Source of the DNA: Candidatus Eiseniibacteriota bacterium
Lineage (GTDB): Bacteria > Eisenbacteria > RBG-16-71-46
Assembly: GCA_031370785.1 (NCBI GenBank)
Contig: JANMQY010000055.1
Location: 1-22,230 of the forward strand
Length of the DNA stretch: 22,230 nucleotides
Direction: 5' to 3'
Shown: piece by piece, positions 1 through 9,215 of the stretch
Position numbering within the stretch: position 1 is the first letter of the stretch
How the letters are laid out: each line of letters opens with the position of its first letter
Program-made: the position numbers and the translations under genes
Notes under the pieces: generated by a model
What the model was told of the DNA's origin: nothing
Database searches by the model: none
Seen by the model: only the letters and a program-made list of their open reading frames with translations

Positions 1-66
1 GTCGTGAATGCTTCGCGGCCCGCTCCGGATGGGCGGGTTCTCGAGACGTACTCCCGGAATCGCGGT

Positions 67-1428
67 CTATTCCCGCGAGTGCGCGGCGGTCGCGGCTTCG
101 ACCTCGAGGTCCAGCCCAAGCCCGCGATGCAGGAGCCTGACCGTGCGGTCGGCGTCCTCGTCGCGCACCACGAACGACAGGTTCACGCGCGAAGCGCCCT
201 GCGAGATCATCTCGACGCCCACGCCCACACCGCCGAGCAGCGTGAACACGTGGCCCGCAAGCCCGAGTCTCTGCGGCGCGCCCTCGCCCACCACCGCGAC
301 CACGGCCAGCGCGTGCCGCACGTCGACCAGGCCGATGCCATCCAGCTCGGCGATGGCGGCGTCGAGATGCGTCGCGTCGTCCACCGTCACCGAGATCGAG
401 ACCTCTGAGGTGGTGACCAGATCCACGACGATGCGATGGCGCCCGAACACCTCGAACACGCGCGCGAGGAATCCGTGGGCGAGCAGCATTCGGGTGGACG
501 CGATGGTGACCGCGGTAACGCCTTTCTTGCACGCGATGGACTTGACACGCCAGGCGCTCTCGGCGGGATCGGCCGCGGGCGTGATCAGGGTGCCGGGGTC
601 TCCGGGCCGCGCGGTGTTGAGGATGCGCACCGGGATGTCGCGCTCGATCGCCGGGAGCAGGGTCTTGGGGTGCAGCACCTTCGCACCGAAGTAGGCGAGC
701 TCGCTGGCCTCGGCGAAGGAAAGTCGCGGCACCACTCGCGCCTCGGGCACCACGCGCGGGTCGGCGCTCAGCAGTCCGCTGGTGTCGGTCCAGATCTGGA
801 TCTCGCTCGCGCCAAATGCAGCGCCGATCAGCGCGGCGGTGTAGTCCGAGCCACCGCGGCCGAGCGTGGTGGTGCGACCATCGTGCGTGGCGCCGAGGAA
901 GCCGGTCACGACCGGGACCTTCTTGCGTGAGGCGAGCGCACTGCGAATGCGCTCTGCCGCCTCGGGCAGGGGATGCGCCGCGCCGAATCGATCGTCGGTG
1001 ATGAGACCGGCCGGGCCGGCGTCGACCGCGGTCGCGGGCAGGCCGCCCGAAGTCAGCGCGGCCGCGAATAGCGCAGCCGAAAACCGCTCGCCGAGCGCCA
1101 GCACTCGATCGCGCTCTGCGCCCGTGGTCGGGATGCCGGTAGGCGTCGTCTGCTGCAGGTGGTTCCACTCGTCCAGGAGCGGCCCGATCGCGTCCGCCGG
1201 GACGCCGACATCCTGCGCGAAATCCATATGACGCTCGAAGAAGCGATCGGCCAGCTCGCGCCGCGGCGCGCCCAGGCGGCACCACTCGACGAGCAGGTTG
1301 GTGACGCCCGAGAGAGCGCTCACCACCACCACCGGGTCGAGCGCGCGGCGCTCCATCACGAGTCGCTGCGCCACCCAGAAGTTGGCGGGCACGCCGACCG
1401 ACGTGCCTCCGAATTTCATGACGATCAT
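67..1428 (-). CDS. lysC: Aspartate kinase (monofunctional, two C-terminal ACT domains)
   Basis: N-terminal MKFGGTSV, VVVVSALSGVTN, TTTLGRGGSDYTA, IWTD..G..SADPR and ELAYFGAKVLHP motifs. C-terminal ACT repeats (GFLARVF...VDLVTTSEVSIS; VAVVGEG...ISQGAS..NLSFVV). Confidence 0.96.
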   Translation of the reverse strand: MIVMKFGGTSVGVPANFWVAQRLVMERRALDPVVVVSALSGVTNLLVEWCRLGAPRRELADRFFERHMDFAQDVGVPADAIGPLLDEWNHLQQTTPTGIPTTGAERDRVLALGERFSAALFAAALTSGGLPATAVDAGPAGLITDDRFGAAHPLPEAAERIRSALASRKKVPVVTGFLGATHDGRTTTLGRGGSDYTAALIGAAFGASEIQIWTDTSGLLSADPRVVPEARVVPRLSFAEASELAYFGAKVLHPKTLLPAIERDIPVRILNTARPGDPGTLITPAADPAESAWRVKSIACKKGVTAVTIASTRMLLAHGFLARVFEVFGRHRIVVDLVTTSEVSISVTVDDATHLDAAIAELDGIGLVDVRHALAVVAVVGEGAPQRLGLAGHVFTLLGGVGVGVEMISQGASRVNLSFVVRDEDADRTVRLLHRGLGLDLEVEAATAAHSRE

Positions 1429-1434
1429 GCGCCG

Positions 1435-1443
1435 ACTCTAACA
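1435..1443 (-). promoter_or_regulatory. Extended -10 promoter (TG-t-TAGAGT) 6 nt before the lysC ATG; leaderless-type
   Basis: The minus strand reads TGTTAGAGT-CGGCGC-ATG, and there is no Shine-Dalgarno sequence upstream of the start. Confidence 0.55.
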
Positions 1444-1487
1444 CCACGCGCCTCGTACGACGCACTCCCATGTGGTTGAATGGGCGC

Positions 1488-2741
1488 ATGAACATGAATC
1501 GACGTGTGTTCCTCTCACGCCTTGGCGCGCTTGCGGTCGGGCTCCCGCTCGCCGGCTGTGCGACCGGTGGCGGCGCGGTCGCGGTGCCGCCTCCGGACTC
1601 TGGCGCGGTGCCCCAACCGGAACCGACGCAGCAGCAGCAGCCCCCGACCATTTCCGGCGTCGCGCTGCTCGCGGCCGCCGGCGACACCACGCTCGGCTAC
1701 AATCTCGAAGCGCACTTCGACGAGAAGCTCGCGCTCGGGGTCTCCGGGGAGTCGCTGTTCCCGCTCTACATGGCGAACGTGCGGCCGATTCTCGAATGGG
1801 CCGACGTGGCGATGGTGAACCTCGAATGCCCGTTCACCGAGCGCGGCGAGCCGCTGCTGAAGAACTTCAATTTCCGCGCCCGCCCCGAGCTGGTCGAGAT
1901 CCTCAAGGCAGGCAAGGTGGACGCGGTGACGCTCGCCAACAATCACCTCAAGGACTATGGCGACGAAGGAGTGCTCGACACGGTCGCCACGCTGGATGGA
2001 GCGCAGATCGCGCACTTCGGCGCGGGCGCCAACCTGTCCGAAGCGCGCCGCCCGCTGATCCTCGAGCGCCAGGGCGTGCGCCTGGGATTCCTCGGCTACT
2101 ACTTCCAGGCCGATCCCGACATGATCGAGCCAGAGGCGGTATACGCGACCGCCCAGTCGCCGGGAGTCGCCGGGTGCTACAAGGACCTGGAGTGCATGGA
2201 GCGCATGGTGAGCGAGGACGTCGCGAGCCTGGTGCCACAGGTGGACGCGGTGATTCCGTATTTCCACTGGGGCAAGGAGGGCTCGAGCTGGGTGCGCGAT
2301 TACCAGGTGCGCCTGGCGCACCGCTGCGTCGATTTGGGCTGCCGCGCGGTGCTCGGCGCACATCCGCACCGGCTGCAAGGCGTCGAGGTGTATCGCGGCG
2401 CGCCGATCTTCTACTCACTCGGCAACTTCGTGTTCGGGGGAAACAAGGACCCCAAGGACAAGCTGTCGGCGATCGCGCGCCTGCGTGTGCCGCGCGTCGG
2501 CCCGGTCGAAGCCGATCTCGTGCCGGTCCAGATCACGCGCTGGCCCGAGGCCGCTTTCCAGCCGTTCGTGCTCGAAGGTCCGGACAAGGAAGCCGCGCTC
2601 GCGCGGATCGCGACGCTCTCGCGCGGCTTCACGGTCACACTCCCGCAGCTCGCCCAGGCCATGCCGCCGCCCGATCTCACTGCCCCGGTCGATCCGGGCC
2701 CCTGGCCCGCGGTGCCCGACTCGGCACTCACGCCTCACTAG
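1488..2741 (+). CDS. CapA/PgsA family metallophosphoesterase-fold protein, Tat-exported lipoprotein
   Basis: MNRRVFL twin-arginine motif followed by lipobox LAGC. CapA motifs AAGD, VNLE, LANNH, FHWG, GAHPH, YSLGNF. The start is ATG 1488 or 1494, not 1470. Confidence 0.88.
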   Translation: MNMNRRVFLSRLGALAVGLPLAGCATGGGAVAVPPPDSGAVPQPEPTQQQQPPTISGVALLAAAGDTTLGYNLEAHFDEKLALGVSGESLFPLYMANVRPILEWADVAMVNLECPFTERGEPLLKNFNFRARPELVEILKAGKVDAVTLANNHLKDYGDEGVLDTVATLDGAQIAHFGAGANLSEARRPLILERQGVRLGFLGYYFQADPDMIEPEAVYATAQSPGVAGCYKDLECMERMVSEDVASLVPQVDAVIPYFHWGKEGSSWVRDYQVRLAHRCVDLGCRAVLGAHPHRLQGVEVYRGAPIFYSLGNFVFGGNKDPKDKLSAIARLRVPRVGPVEADLVPVQITRWPEAAFQPFVLEGPDKEAALARIATLSRGFTVTLPQLAQAMPPPDLTAPVDPGPWPAVPDSALTPH

Positions 2742-2828
2742 GCGCTGGCGGTCGGGGGCCGCCGACCGATACACTTTCCCCTCGCCACGCGTACCCCCCG
2801 CCGATCCGACACCCGAGGACCCCGCACC

Positions 2829-5438
2829 ATGCGCTCGCATCGCACAGCCGCCCTGGCCGTGGCTGCACTGCTCGCAACTCTGATCGGCGCACCGGACCGC
2901 CCAGGCACGACGCCGCCCGAGCGCGAGCCGGGCGAAGGCGGGCGGCCTGCCCCAAGCGATTGGTTCTACACCCAGCGCGCGTTCCCGAGCGGGACCATCG
3001 ATCCGGCCGCCTACGACGCGGCTCTCTCGAGGGCCCGCGTCGAGCGCGCGGAGCGCGCAACCCAGATGCTCGGCGTCAGCGCGGTGCCGCTAGTGTGGAC
3101 TCAGGCCGGGCCGTACAACATCGGCGGGCGCGTCTCGGCGCTGGCCTCGACGCCGGGCGGAACCACGGTCTATCTGGGCGCGGCCAACGGCGGCCTCTTC
3201 AAGTCGGTCAACTCGGGCGTCAACTGGACGCCGATCTTCGACAACGGGTTCTCGACCTTCTCGATCGGCGCGCTGGTGATCGATCCGACCCGGGATTCGA
3301 CGATCTACGCAGGAACCGGCGAGGCCAACTCCTCGGTCGACTCCTACGATGGCAGCGGGCTCTATCGCAGCACTGACGCGGGGGCGACCTGGAGCTACTC
3401 GGGGCTCGCCGAGACGCGGCGCATCGCTCGGGTCGCGGTCGATCCCGCGAACCCGCTGCGCCTGTTCGTGGCCGCGATGGGCAGCCAGTTCTCGACCGGT
3501 CCCGACCGCGGGCTCTACCGCAGCGAGGACGGCGGCGCGACGTGGGCGCAGGTGCTGTTCGTGAGCGACAGCACCGGGGCGTCGGACGTCGTGATCAATC
3601 CCGCGCATCCCGAGACCGTGTTCTGCGCGACCTGGGAGCGCGTGCGCCACCACACCTACCGCCGGGCGTTCGGCCCCGAGTGCGGCATCTGGCGCAGTGC
3701 CGATCACGGCACGACCTGGACCAGGCTCTCGAACGGGCTGCCGGCGCCTTCGGACAACGTCGGCCGCATCGGGCTCGCGATCGCGCCCTCGCGGCCTTCG
3801 ACCGTTTACGCCCAGATCGGCAGCGGAAGCGCGCTGGGCTATATCGGGCTCGGCCTGTATCGCACGCTCGATGGCGGCGAGAGCTGGACGAGGCGTGATG
3901 GCTCGGGCACGACGAGCACGTTCAACAACAGCTTTGGGGGCTTTTGCTGGTATTTCGGGGACATGGCGGTCTCGCCCACCAACCCGGACCGCATCTTCTG
4001 CCTCGGCCAGAACCTGATCCGGTCCCTCGATGGCGGCACGACCTTTTTGACGTTCACTGGGTCCGCACACGTGGACGAGCACGCGATGTGGATCGACCCC
4101 TCGAACGCCAACCGGATCTACATGGGAAGCGACGGCGGATTCTTCTCGTCCACGACTGGCGGCAGCATCTGGGCCAAGTCGGTCGATCTACCGATCACCC
4201 AGTTCTACGCGTGCACGGTCGATGCTTTGAACCCGGCGCGGCTGGTGGGCGGGACGCAGGACAACAACTCGATTCAGACCAGCGGCTCACCCACGGGCTG
4301 GAGCGCGATACTGGGTGGCGACGGATTCTACGCAGTGGTGGATCACACAAACTCGAACATCACGTTCGCGGAGTCGCAGTTCTGCAGCGGCGGAACCGGA
4401 CCGCAGCGCTCGACCAACGGCGGCGGCAACTTCTTCGCGCCGACGGGATTCGTGGGCTCGGACCGTTACAACTGGAGCACGCCGATCGTGATGAGCCCGC
4501 AGAACCACAACCTGCTGCTGACCGGCAGCCAGCGCGTCTATCGCAGCCTCGACAACGGGATCAGCTACACCACGATCAGCGGCGATCTGACCACCAACCC
4601 GCCGAGCCTGCTCAGCTTCGGAACCATCTCGACGCTCGACATCTCGGCTGTCGACGGCAACCTCTTCTACGTCGGTACCGATGATGGAAAGGTGTGGCGG
4701 TCCGACAACCAGGGCGGGGTCTGGATCGACATCACCGCCGGGCTGCCGCTGCGCTCGATCACGCGCGTAACCGCGGATCCATTGGCTCCGAACGTGGTCT
4801 ACGTCACGCTGTCCGGCTTCGGCAGCGACGAAAGTGCCCCGCACGTCTTCCGCAGCGCGAATCGGGGCGCGACCTGGAGCTCGATCTCGGGCGACCTGCC
4901 GAACGCTCCCGCCAACGACCTGCTGGTGGACCCTCTGGATCCCAACACGCTCTATCTTGGCACCGATGTCGGCGTCTACGCGACCCGGAATCTGGGCGTC
5001 GGCTGGTTCCCGCTCGGGACCGGAATGCCGGTGCAGACCGTCTTCGATCTTGCACTCCACGCCGCATCACGCACGCTGGTCGCAGGCACTCACGGGCGCT
5101 CGGCGTGGAAGCTGGATCTGAACCAGCTCCCGGTCTCGGTCGGCGATGCGAGCAAGGCGCCGCGCCTCGCACTCTCGGTGCCTGCGCCCAATCCGAGCCG
5201 CGGCCGGGCGCAGGTCACGCTCGATCTGCCGCGCGCCTCACGGGTCGAAGTCGCGGTGTTCGATGCCTCCGGACGGCGCGTCACCACGCTGCTCGATGGT
5301 GACATTTCGGCCGGCCGACGTTCCCTCATGTGGGACGGAACCGATGCGCGCGGGCGTCGTGTGAACGCTGGCGTGTACTGGATGCGCGCCTCGACGAGCG
5401 ATTCTCACGCGACCCAGCGACTGGTCCGACTCGACTGA
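2829..5438 (+). CDS. Secreted Asp-box (BNR) / VPS10-like beta-propeller protein (glycosyl hydrolase-like) with C-terminal FlgD-Ig/T9SS-type domain
   Basis: Signal peptide; WTQAGPYNIGGRVSAL; about 12 Asp-boxes (e.g. RSTDAGATW, RSEDGGATW, RTLDGGESW, RSANRGATW); HVDEHA, GGTQDN, GGDGF, GTHGRSAW. C-terminal PNPSRG...VFDASGRRV...WDGTDARGRRVNAGVYW. Confidence 0.88.
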   Translation: MRSHRTAALAVAALLATLIGAPDRPGTTPPEREPGEGGRPAPSDWFYTQRAFPSGTIDPAAYDAALSRARVERAERATQMLGVSAVPLVWTQAGPYNIGGRVSALASTPGGTTVYLGAANGGLFKSVNSGVNWTPIFDNGFSTFSIGALVIDPTRDSTIYAGTGEANSSVDSYDGSGLYRSTDAGATWSYSGLAETRRIARVAVDPANPLRLFVAAMGSQFSTGPDRGLYRSEDGGATWAQVLFVSDSTGASDVVINPAHPETVFCATWERVRHHTYRRAFGPECGIWRSADHGTTWTRLSNGLPAPSDNVGRIGLAIAPSRPSTVYAQIGSGSALGYIGLGLYRTLDGGESWTRRDGSGTTSTFNNSFGGFCWYFGDMAVSPTNPDRIFCLGQNLIRSLDGGTTFLTFTGSAHVDEHAMWIDPSNANRIYMGSDGGFFSSTTGGSIWAKSVDLPITQFYACTVDALNPARLVGGTQDNNSIQTSGSPTGWSAILGGDGFYAVVDHTNSNITFAESQFCSGGTGPQRSTNGGGNFFAPTGFVGSDRYNWSTPIVMSPQNHNLLLTGSQRVYRSLDNGISYTTISGDLTTNPPSLLSFGTISTLDISAVDGNLFYVGTDDGKVWRSDNQGGVWIDITAGLPLRSITRVTADPLAPNVVYVTLSGFGSDESAPHVFRSANRGATWSSISGDLPNAPANDLLVDPLDPNTLYLGTDVGVYATRNLGVGWFPLGTGMPVQTVFDLALHAASRTLVAGTHGRSAWKLDLNQLPVSVGDASKAPRLALSVPAPNPSRGRAQVTLDLPRASRVEVAVFDASGRRVTTLLDGDISAGRRSLMWDGTDARGRRVNAGVYWMRASTSDSHATQRLVRLD

Positions 5439-5655
5439 CGCGAGCGCGTGAAGTGCTGCGCGGAAGCGTCGACGTGGCACCGCAGAGCGGCCCGCACTTC
5501 ACGTCGTGACGCATCTCTTCTCGAGCACGCATGCGGGACAGATCGTCGCCATTTCGACCGACAGGCATCCGGACCGCGATTGGCGCGGCCCGGATTATGC
5601 ATGGGTTTCGCCCGCTCAGAATCGGCTCCGGATGACGGTCGCACTGAAAAAGACC

Positions 5656-5684
5656 TTTGATAATGCGGGTTCCCTTGCTATACC
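5656..5684 (+). promoter_or_regulatory. Possible sigma70 promoter for the HU gene
   Basis: AT-rich patch with TTGATA (5657-5662), a 16-nt spacer ending in TGc, then TATACC (5679-5684). Purine-rich RBS GGGAGAGGAAGG before ATG 5765. Confidence 0.35.
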
Positions 5685-5764
5685 CACTCCCGGCTAAGGC
5701 GTATCGCGAATTCGATGCGCCCGTCCGAAGAGCTCACTGACCTTCATAGGGAGAGGAAGGAATC

Positions 5765-6046
5765 ATGGCGAAGATGATGACGAAGTCTCAGATCGCTGGC
5801 TACATCGCCAACAAGTTTGAGCTGACCAAGAAGCAGAGCGTCCAGATCCTCGAGGAGCTGGCCACACTCGCCGCGAAGCAGGCCCGCAACGGGTTCGTGT
5901 TCCCGGGCGTTGGCAAGCTCGTGGTGGTGAAGCGCAAGGCCCGCATGGGTCGCAATCCGCAGACCGGCGAGGCCATCAAGATTCCGGCCAAGACCGTGCT
6001 GAAGTTCCGCATCGCGAAGGCGATGAAGGAACTCGCCCTCAAGTAG
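5765..6046 (+). CDS. hup: HU family nucleoid-associated DNA-binding protein
   Basis: 93 aa and basic; MTKSQI, PGVGKL, RKARMGRNPQTGEAIKIPAK..KFR signature; strong RBS. Confidence 0.95.
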   Translation: MAKMMTKSQIAGYIANKFELTKKQSVQILEELATLAAKQARNGFVFPGVGKLVVVKRKARMGRNPQTGEAIKIPAKTVLKFRIAKAMKELALK

Positions 6047-6065
6047 ACCGTACCCCGAATTGCGT

Positions 6066-6101
6066 GAGGCCCGGCGCCCGAGCGCCGGGCCTCTTCGTTT
6101 T
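6066..6101 (+). terminator. Rho-independent terminator after hup
   Basis: Perfect 12-bp stem GAGGCCCGGCGC / GCGCCGGGCCTC, loop CCGA, followed by TTCGTTTT. Confidence 0.85.
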
Positions 6102-6245
6102 CGGGCGGGAGCGTGGGCCGCGCGCCTGCGCGACGAGCGCATGCCCGGCACCGCGCCGCGCGTTGCCCTCCCGCGCATTGCCCACGTCCTGCACCTCTGG
6201 CACCATGCGCTCCCGTTCGTCGCCCCGCCCACTGGGAGGTCCACC

Positions 6246-7565
6246 GTGCGTTCCGTGCCGCGCGCTTCATCGTTCATGTTGCCTGCCGCTCTCTCGATCG
6301 TTGCGACGCTCGCAGGTCTCGTTTCAATTGCAGACGCCGAGACGCCTTCGCGTCGCTTCGCCGTACACGCCGCGCACTGGATCGACGTCAGAGCCGGTGT
6401 CGAGCGCGGGGCGGTGTGGGTGGTGGTCGGCGGCGACACCATCGAGGCGATTCGCACGAACGCGCCCCAGGCGCTCGAGGTCATCGAGCTCGGCGATGCC
6501 ACGCTCCTTCCGGGATTGATCGACTGCCACACTCACCTCTCGGGTCGGGTCGGGCGCTCGCCGCTCGAGAGTCTGAAGGCGAGCGCGGCGAGCGAAGCGA
6601 TCGCCAGCGTGAACAATGCGCGCCAGACTCTGCTCGCCGGCTTCACCACCTGCCGCGACGTCGGCGGCGGCGAGCTCGTGGACATCGCGCTGCGTGATGC
6701 GATCAAGGCCGGAGACGTCCCGGGACCGCGCATGCGCGTCGCCACCTGGGCGCTGTCCATGACCGGCGGGCACGGCGACGATACCAACCAGCTCGACTAC
6801 CACTGGCACAACGACATGGCGCGCGGCGTGGTCGATGGCGTGGACGAGGTGCGCAAGCAGGTGCGCTTCAACATCCAGCAGGGCGCGGATCTGATCAAGA
6901 TCCTCGCGAGTGGCGGCGTGCTCTCGGCGCGCGACGACCCGCGCCACACCGGCTTCAGCTTCGAAGAGATGAAGACCGCGGTCGATGAGGCTGCCCGCCA
7001 GGAGCGCTTCGTGGCCGCGCACGCGCACGGCAAGGAAGGGATCATCATGGCGAGCAACGCCGGGGTGCGCTCGATCGAGCACGCCAGCTACATGGACGAC
7101 GAGGCGGCGCGCGTGCTGAAGAAGAACGGCACCTGGTACGTGCCCACGCTGTACGTGATCGAGCCCATCCTCGCGCCCGGCAACCCGCTCAAGATCAGCG
7201 AGGAGAGCCTCGCCAAGGCGCGCGTGGTGAAGGGCCACATGCGCGCGGCCTTTCACTCCGCGCTCAGGAACGGCGTCAAGATCGCGTTCGGCACCGACGC
7301 CGGCGTTTTCCGGCACGGCGATCAGGTGCACGAGTTCAAGATCTACGTCGATGAAGGCATGACGCCGATACAGGCGATCCAGAGCGCGACGATTTCCGGC
7401 GCCGAGCTGATCGGATGGAGCGGCAGGATCGGCACGATCGCCCCCGGCGCGTTCGCAGACCTGATCGCGGTCGGAGCGGACCCGCTCCGGGACATCACCG
7501 AGCTCGAGCGTGTGAAATGGGTGATGAAGGGCGGAGTCGTGTACAAGGGCGAGACGGGACGCTGA
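6246..7565 (+). CDS. Secreted metal-dependent amidohydrolase (Xaa-Pro dipeptidase/carboxypeptidase-like subgroup)
   Basis: GGGAGG RBS before GTG 6246; signal peptide; LLPGLIDCHTH, GFTTCRD, TGGHGD, IKILASGGV, AAHAHG, SIEHAS, FGTDAG, GAFADLIAV..DPL.DI motifs. Confidence 0.9.
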   Translation: MRSVPRASSFMLPAALSIVATLAGLVSIADAETPSRRFAVHAAHWIDVRAGVERGAVWVVVGGDTIEAIRTNAPQALEVIELGDATLLPGLIDCHTHLSGRVGRSPLESLKASAASEAIASVNNARQTLLAGFTTCRDVGGGELVDIALRDAIKAGDVPGPRMRVATWALSMTGGHGDDTNQLDYHWHNDMARGVVDGVDEVRKQVRFNIQQGADLIKILASGGVLSARDDPRHTGFSFEEMKTAVDEAARQERFVAAHAHGKEGIIMASNAGVRSIEHASYMDDEAARVLKKNGTWYVPTLYVIEPILAPGNPLKISEESLAKARVVKGHMRAAFHSALRNGVKIAFGTDAGVFRHGDQVHEFKIYVDEGMTPIQAIQSATISGAELIGWSGRIGTIAPGAFADLIAVGADPLRDITELERVKWVMKGGVVYKGETGR

Positions 7566-7569
7566 GCGC

Positions 7570-8505
7570 ATGAGCGCCGGCATCGTCGTCGAATCGCTCA
7601 GCAAGACCTATCGCGGCGGCATGGTCAGGGCGCTGGACCATGTCTCGCTGACCATCGCGCCTGGCGAAGTGTTCGGCGTGATCGGCCCGAACGGCGCCGG
7701 CAAGACCACGCTGTTCGGATGCCTGCTCGGCTTCCTGCGCCCCGATTCGGGAACGGTCACGATCGACGGACAGGCGGTGGACGATCTCTCGGTGCGCGCC
7801 GTGACCGGCTACCTGCCCGAGCGTCTGGTGATGGATCGCTGGATGCGTGGCCGCGAATTCCTCGCCTACCACCATGCGCTCGCGCGCCTGCCCAAAGCCG
7901 ATCGCGCCCGCGATGTCGACGCCGCGCTCGCTCGGGTCGGGCTCGAGGCGGACGCAGGCGGCAAGCCGGTGCGCAAGTACTCGCGCGGCATGCTGCAGCG
8001 CCTCGGCCTCGCGCAGGCGCTGCTCGGGCATCCGCGCTGGCTGTTCCTCGATGAGCCGGCCTCGGGCGTCGATCCGGCCGGCGTCGTTCTGTTCCGCCGG
8101 CTGCTCGCCGAGCTCAAGGGCCGCGGCGTCACGGTGCTGCTCAACTCGCATCAGCTCGATCAGGTCGAGCGCGTCTGCGACCGGGTCGCCTACGTGAGCA
8201 AGGGCCGCGTCGAAGCGATCGAGACCGTGAGCGCGGGCGCCGGGGCCGCGCGCGTGCTTCGCGTGCGCTGGGCCGCGGGCGGAACGCCGCACGCACGCGA
8301 AGTACTGAACGCGATCGCGGAGCGCGCCGGCGCCGCGCTCGAGAGTGTGGGCGCCACCGAAGCGCGCTTCGCGGTCGCCGACGACCAGGCCGCCGCGCGC
8401 CTGCTCGGAGCGCTGGTCGCGGGCGGCGTGCCGGTGATCGAGGCGAGCCCCGAAGAGGGGCGCCTCGAGCGCCTGTTCCTCGCGGGCGAAGGCGGTCCGC
8501 GATGA
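7570..8505 (+). CDS. ABC transporter ATP-binding protein (ABC-2/exporter type)
   Basis: Walker A GPNGAGKTT, signature YSRGMLQR, Walker B LFLDEP, H-loop NSH, C-terminal LERLFL. Confidence 0.93.
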   Translation: MSAGIVVESLSKTYRGGMVRALDHVSLTIAPGEVFGVIGPNGAGKTTLFGCLLGFLRPDSGTVTIDGQAVDDLSVRAVTGYLPERLVMDRWMRGREFLAYHHALARLPKADRARDVDAALARVGLEADAGGKPVRKYSRGMLQRLGLAQALLGHPRWLFLDEPASGVDPAGVVLFRRLLAELKGRGVTVLLNSHQLDQVERVCDRVAYVSKGRVEAIETVSAGAGAARVLRVRWAAGGTPHAREVLNAIAERAGAALESVGATEARFAVADDQAAARLLGALVAGGVPVIEASPEEGRLERLFLAGEGGPR

Positions 8506-9215
8506 ACGAAGCTCTGATTCTCGCCATGCTCCGCCAGCGCGCGGCGAGCCCGGTGCGCCTCGTGCTGCTCGCGTTCCTGTTCGGCATGCCACTGCTGGTG
8601 GCGGTCGGCGCCCCCGCGATCGGTTTGAGCGTGCTCGGAGATGGTTACGGGATGATCCTCGTGCTGGCCGCCGGGATGATCGGTCAGGATCTCTCGAGCG
8701 GCGTGCTGCAGCTGTTGTTCGCGAGGCCCGTGACGCGCAGCTCGTACGTGCTCAGCCGGTGGATCGCGGTGAGCCTGGCGGGCGTGGCGCTGTGCACCCT
8801 TCAGGCGCTGTTCTGTGCGCTGCTCCTGACGCTGCGCAGCGCCCAGCCCGAGATGCGCACGCTGCTGCTCGTGATCGGCGACAACGTGCTGCTCGCCTTC
8901 GGGCTTGCCGCGGTGATGACGCTGTTCTCTTCCCTGCTTGGCGGCTTCGGCGATTTGGCCATCCTGCTGGTCGTGACCATCACCGGCAAGGTGCTCGAAG
9001 CCATCGCGCAGTTCGCAAACTCGCCGATCATGGGCCGCATCGGCACCGAGATCGGGATTTTCGTGCTGCCCAAGATCGCGCTCGCACAGGTCTTCGGCTC
9101 GGCCGATGTGCCGTGGTTCATGCTCGCCTCGTACGCATCGACGGTCACGCTCTGCCTCGCGTTCGCGATCGTGGTCATGAATCGGAAGGAGCTCTCGTAT
9201 GCCAGCTCCGGGTAG
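8502..9215 (+). CDS. ABC-2 type transporter permease
   Basis: About 6 hydrophobic segments; QDLSSGVLQLLFARPVTRSSYVLSRW matches the ABC-2 permease loop motif; ATGA overlap with the ATPase gene. Confidence 0.88.
   Translation: MNEALILAMLRQRAASPVRLVLLAFLFGMPLLVAVGAPAIGLSVLGDGYGMILVLAAGMIGQDLSSGVLQLLFARPVTRSSYVLSRWIAVSLAGVALCTLQALFCALLLTLRSAQPEMRTLLLVIGDNVLLAFGLAAVMTLFSSLLGGFGDLAILLVVTITGKVLEAIAQFANSPIMGRIGTEIGIFVLPKIALAQVFGSADVPWFMLASYASTVTLCLAFAIVVMNRKELSYASSG

Noticed and set aside
1629..1640. (CAG)4 microsatellite
   Set aside because: Short in-frame poly-Gln in a disordered linker; no phase-variation potential.
3190..5010. Recurring nucleotide similarity (…ggcgcgacctgg…) as a DNA repeat or CRISPR-like array
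   Set aside because: Explained by protein-level Asp-box repeats; irregular spacing and degenerate third positions.
6060..6245. N-terminal extension of the amidohydrolase given in the ORF track
   Set aside because: It runs through the hup terminator. The RBS and signal peptide point to GTG 6246.
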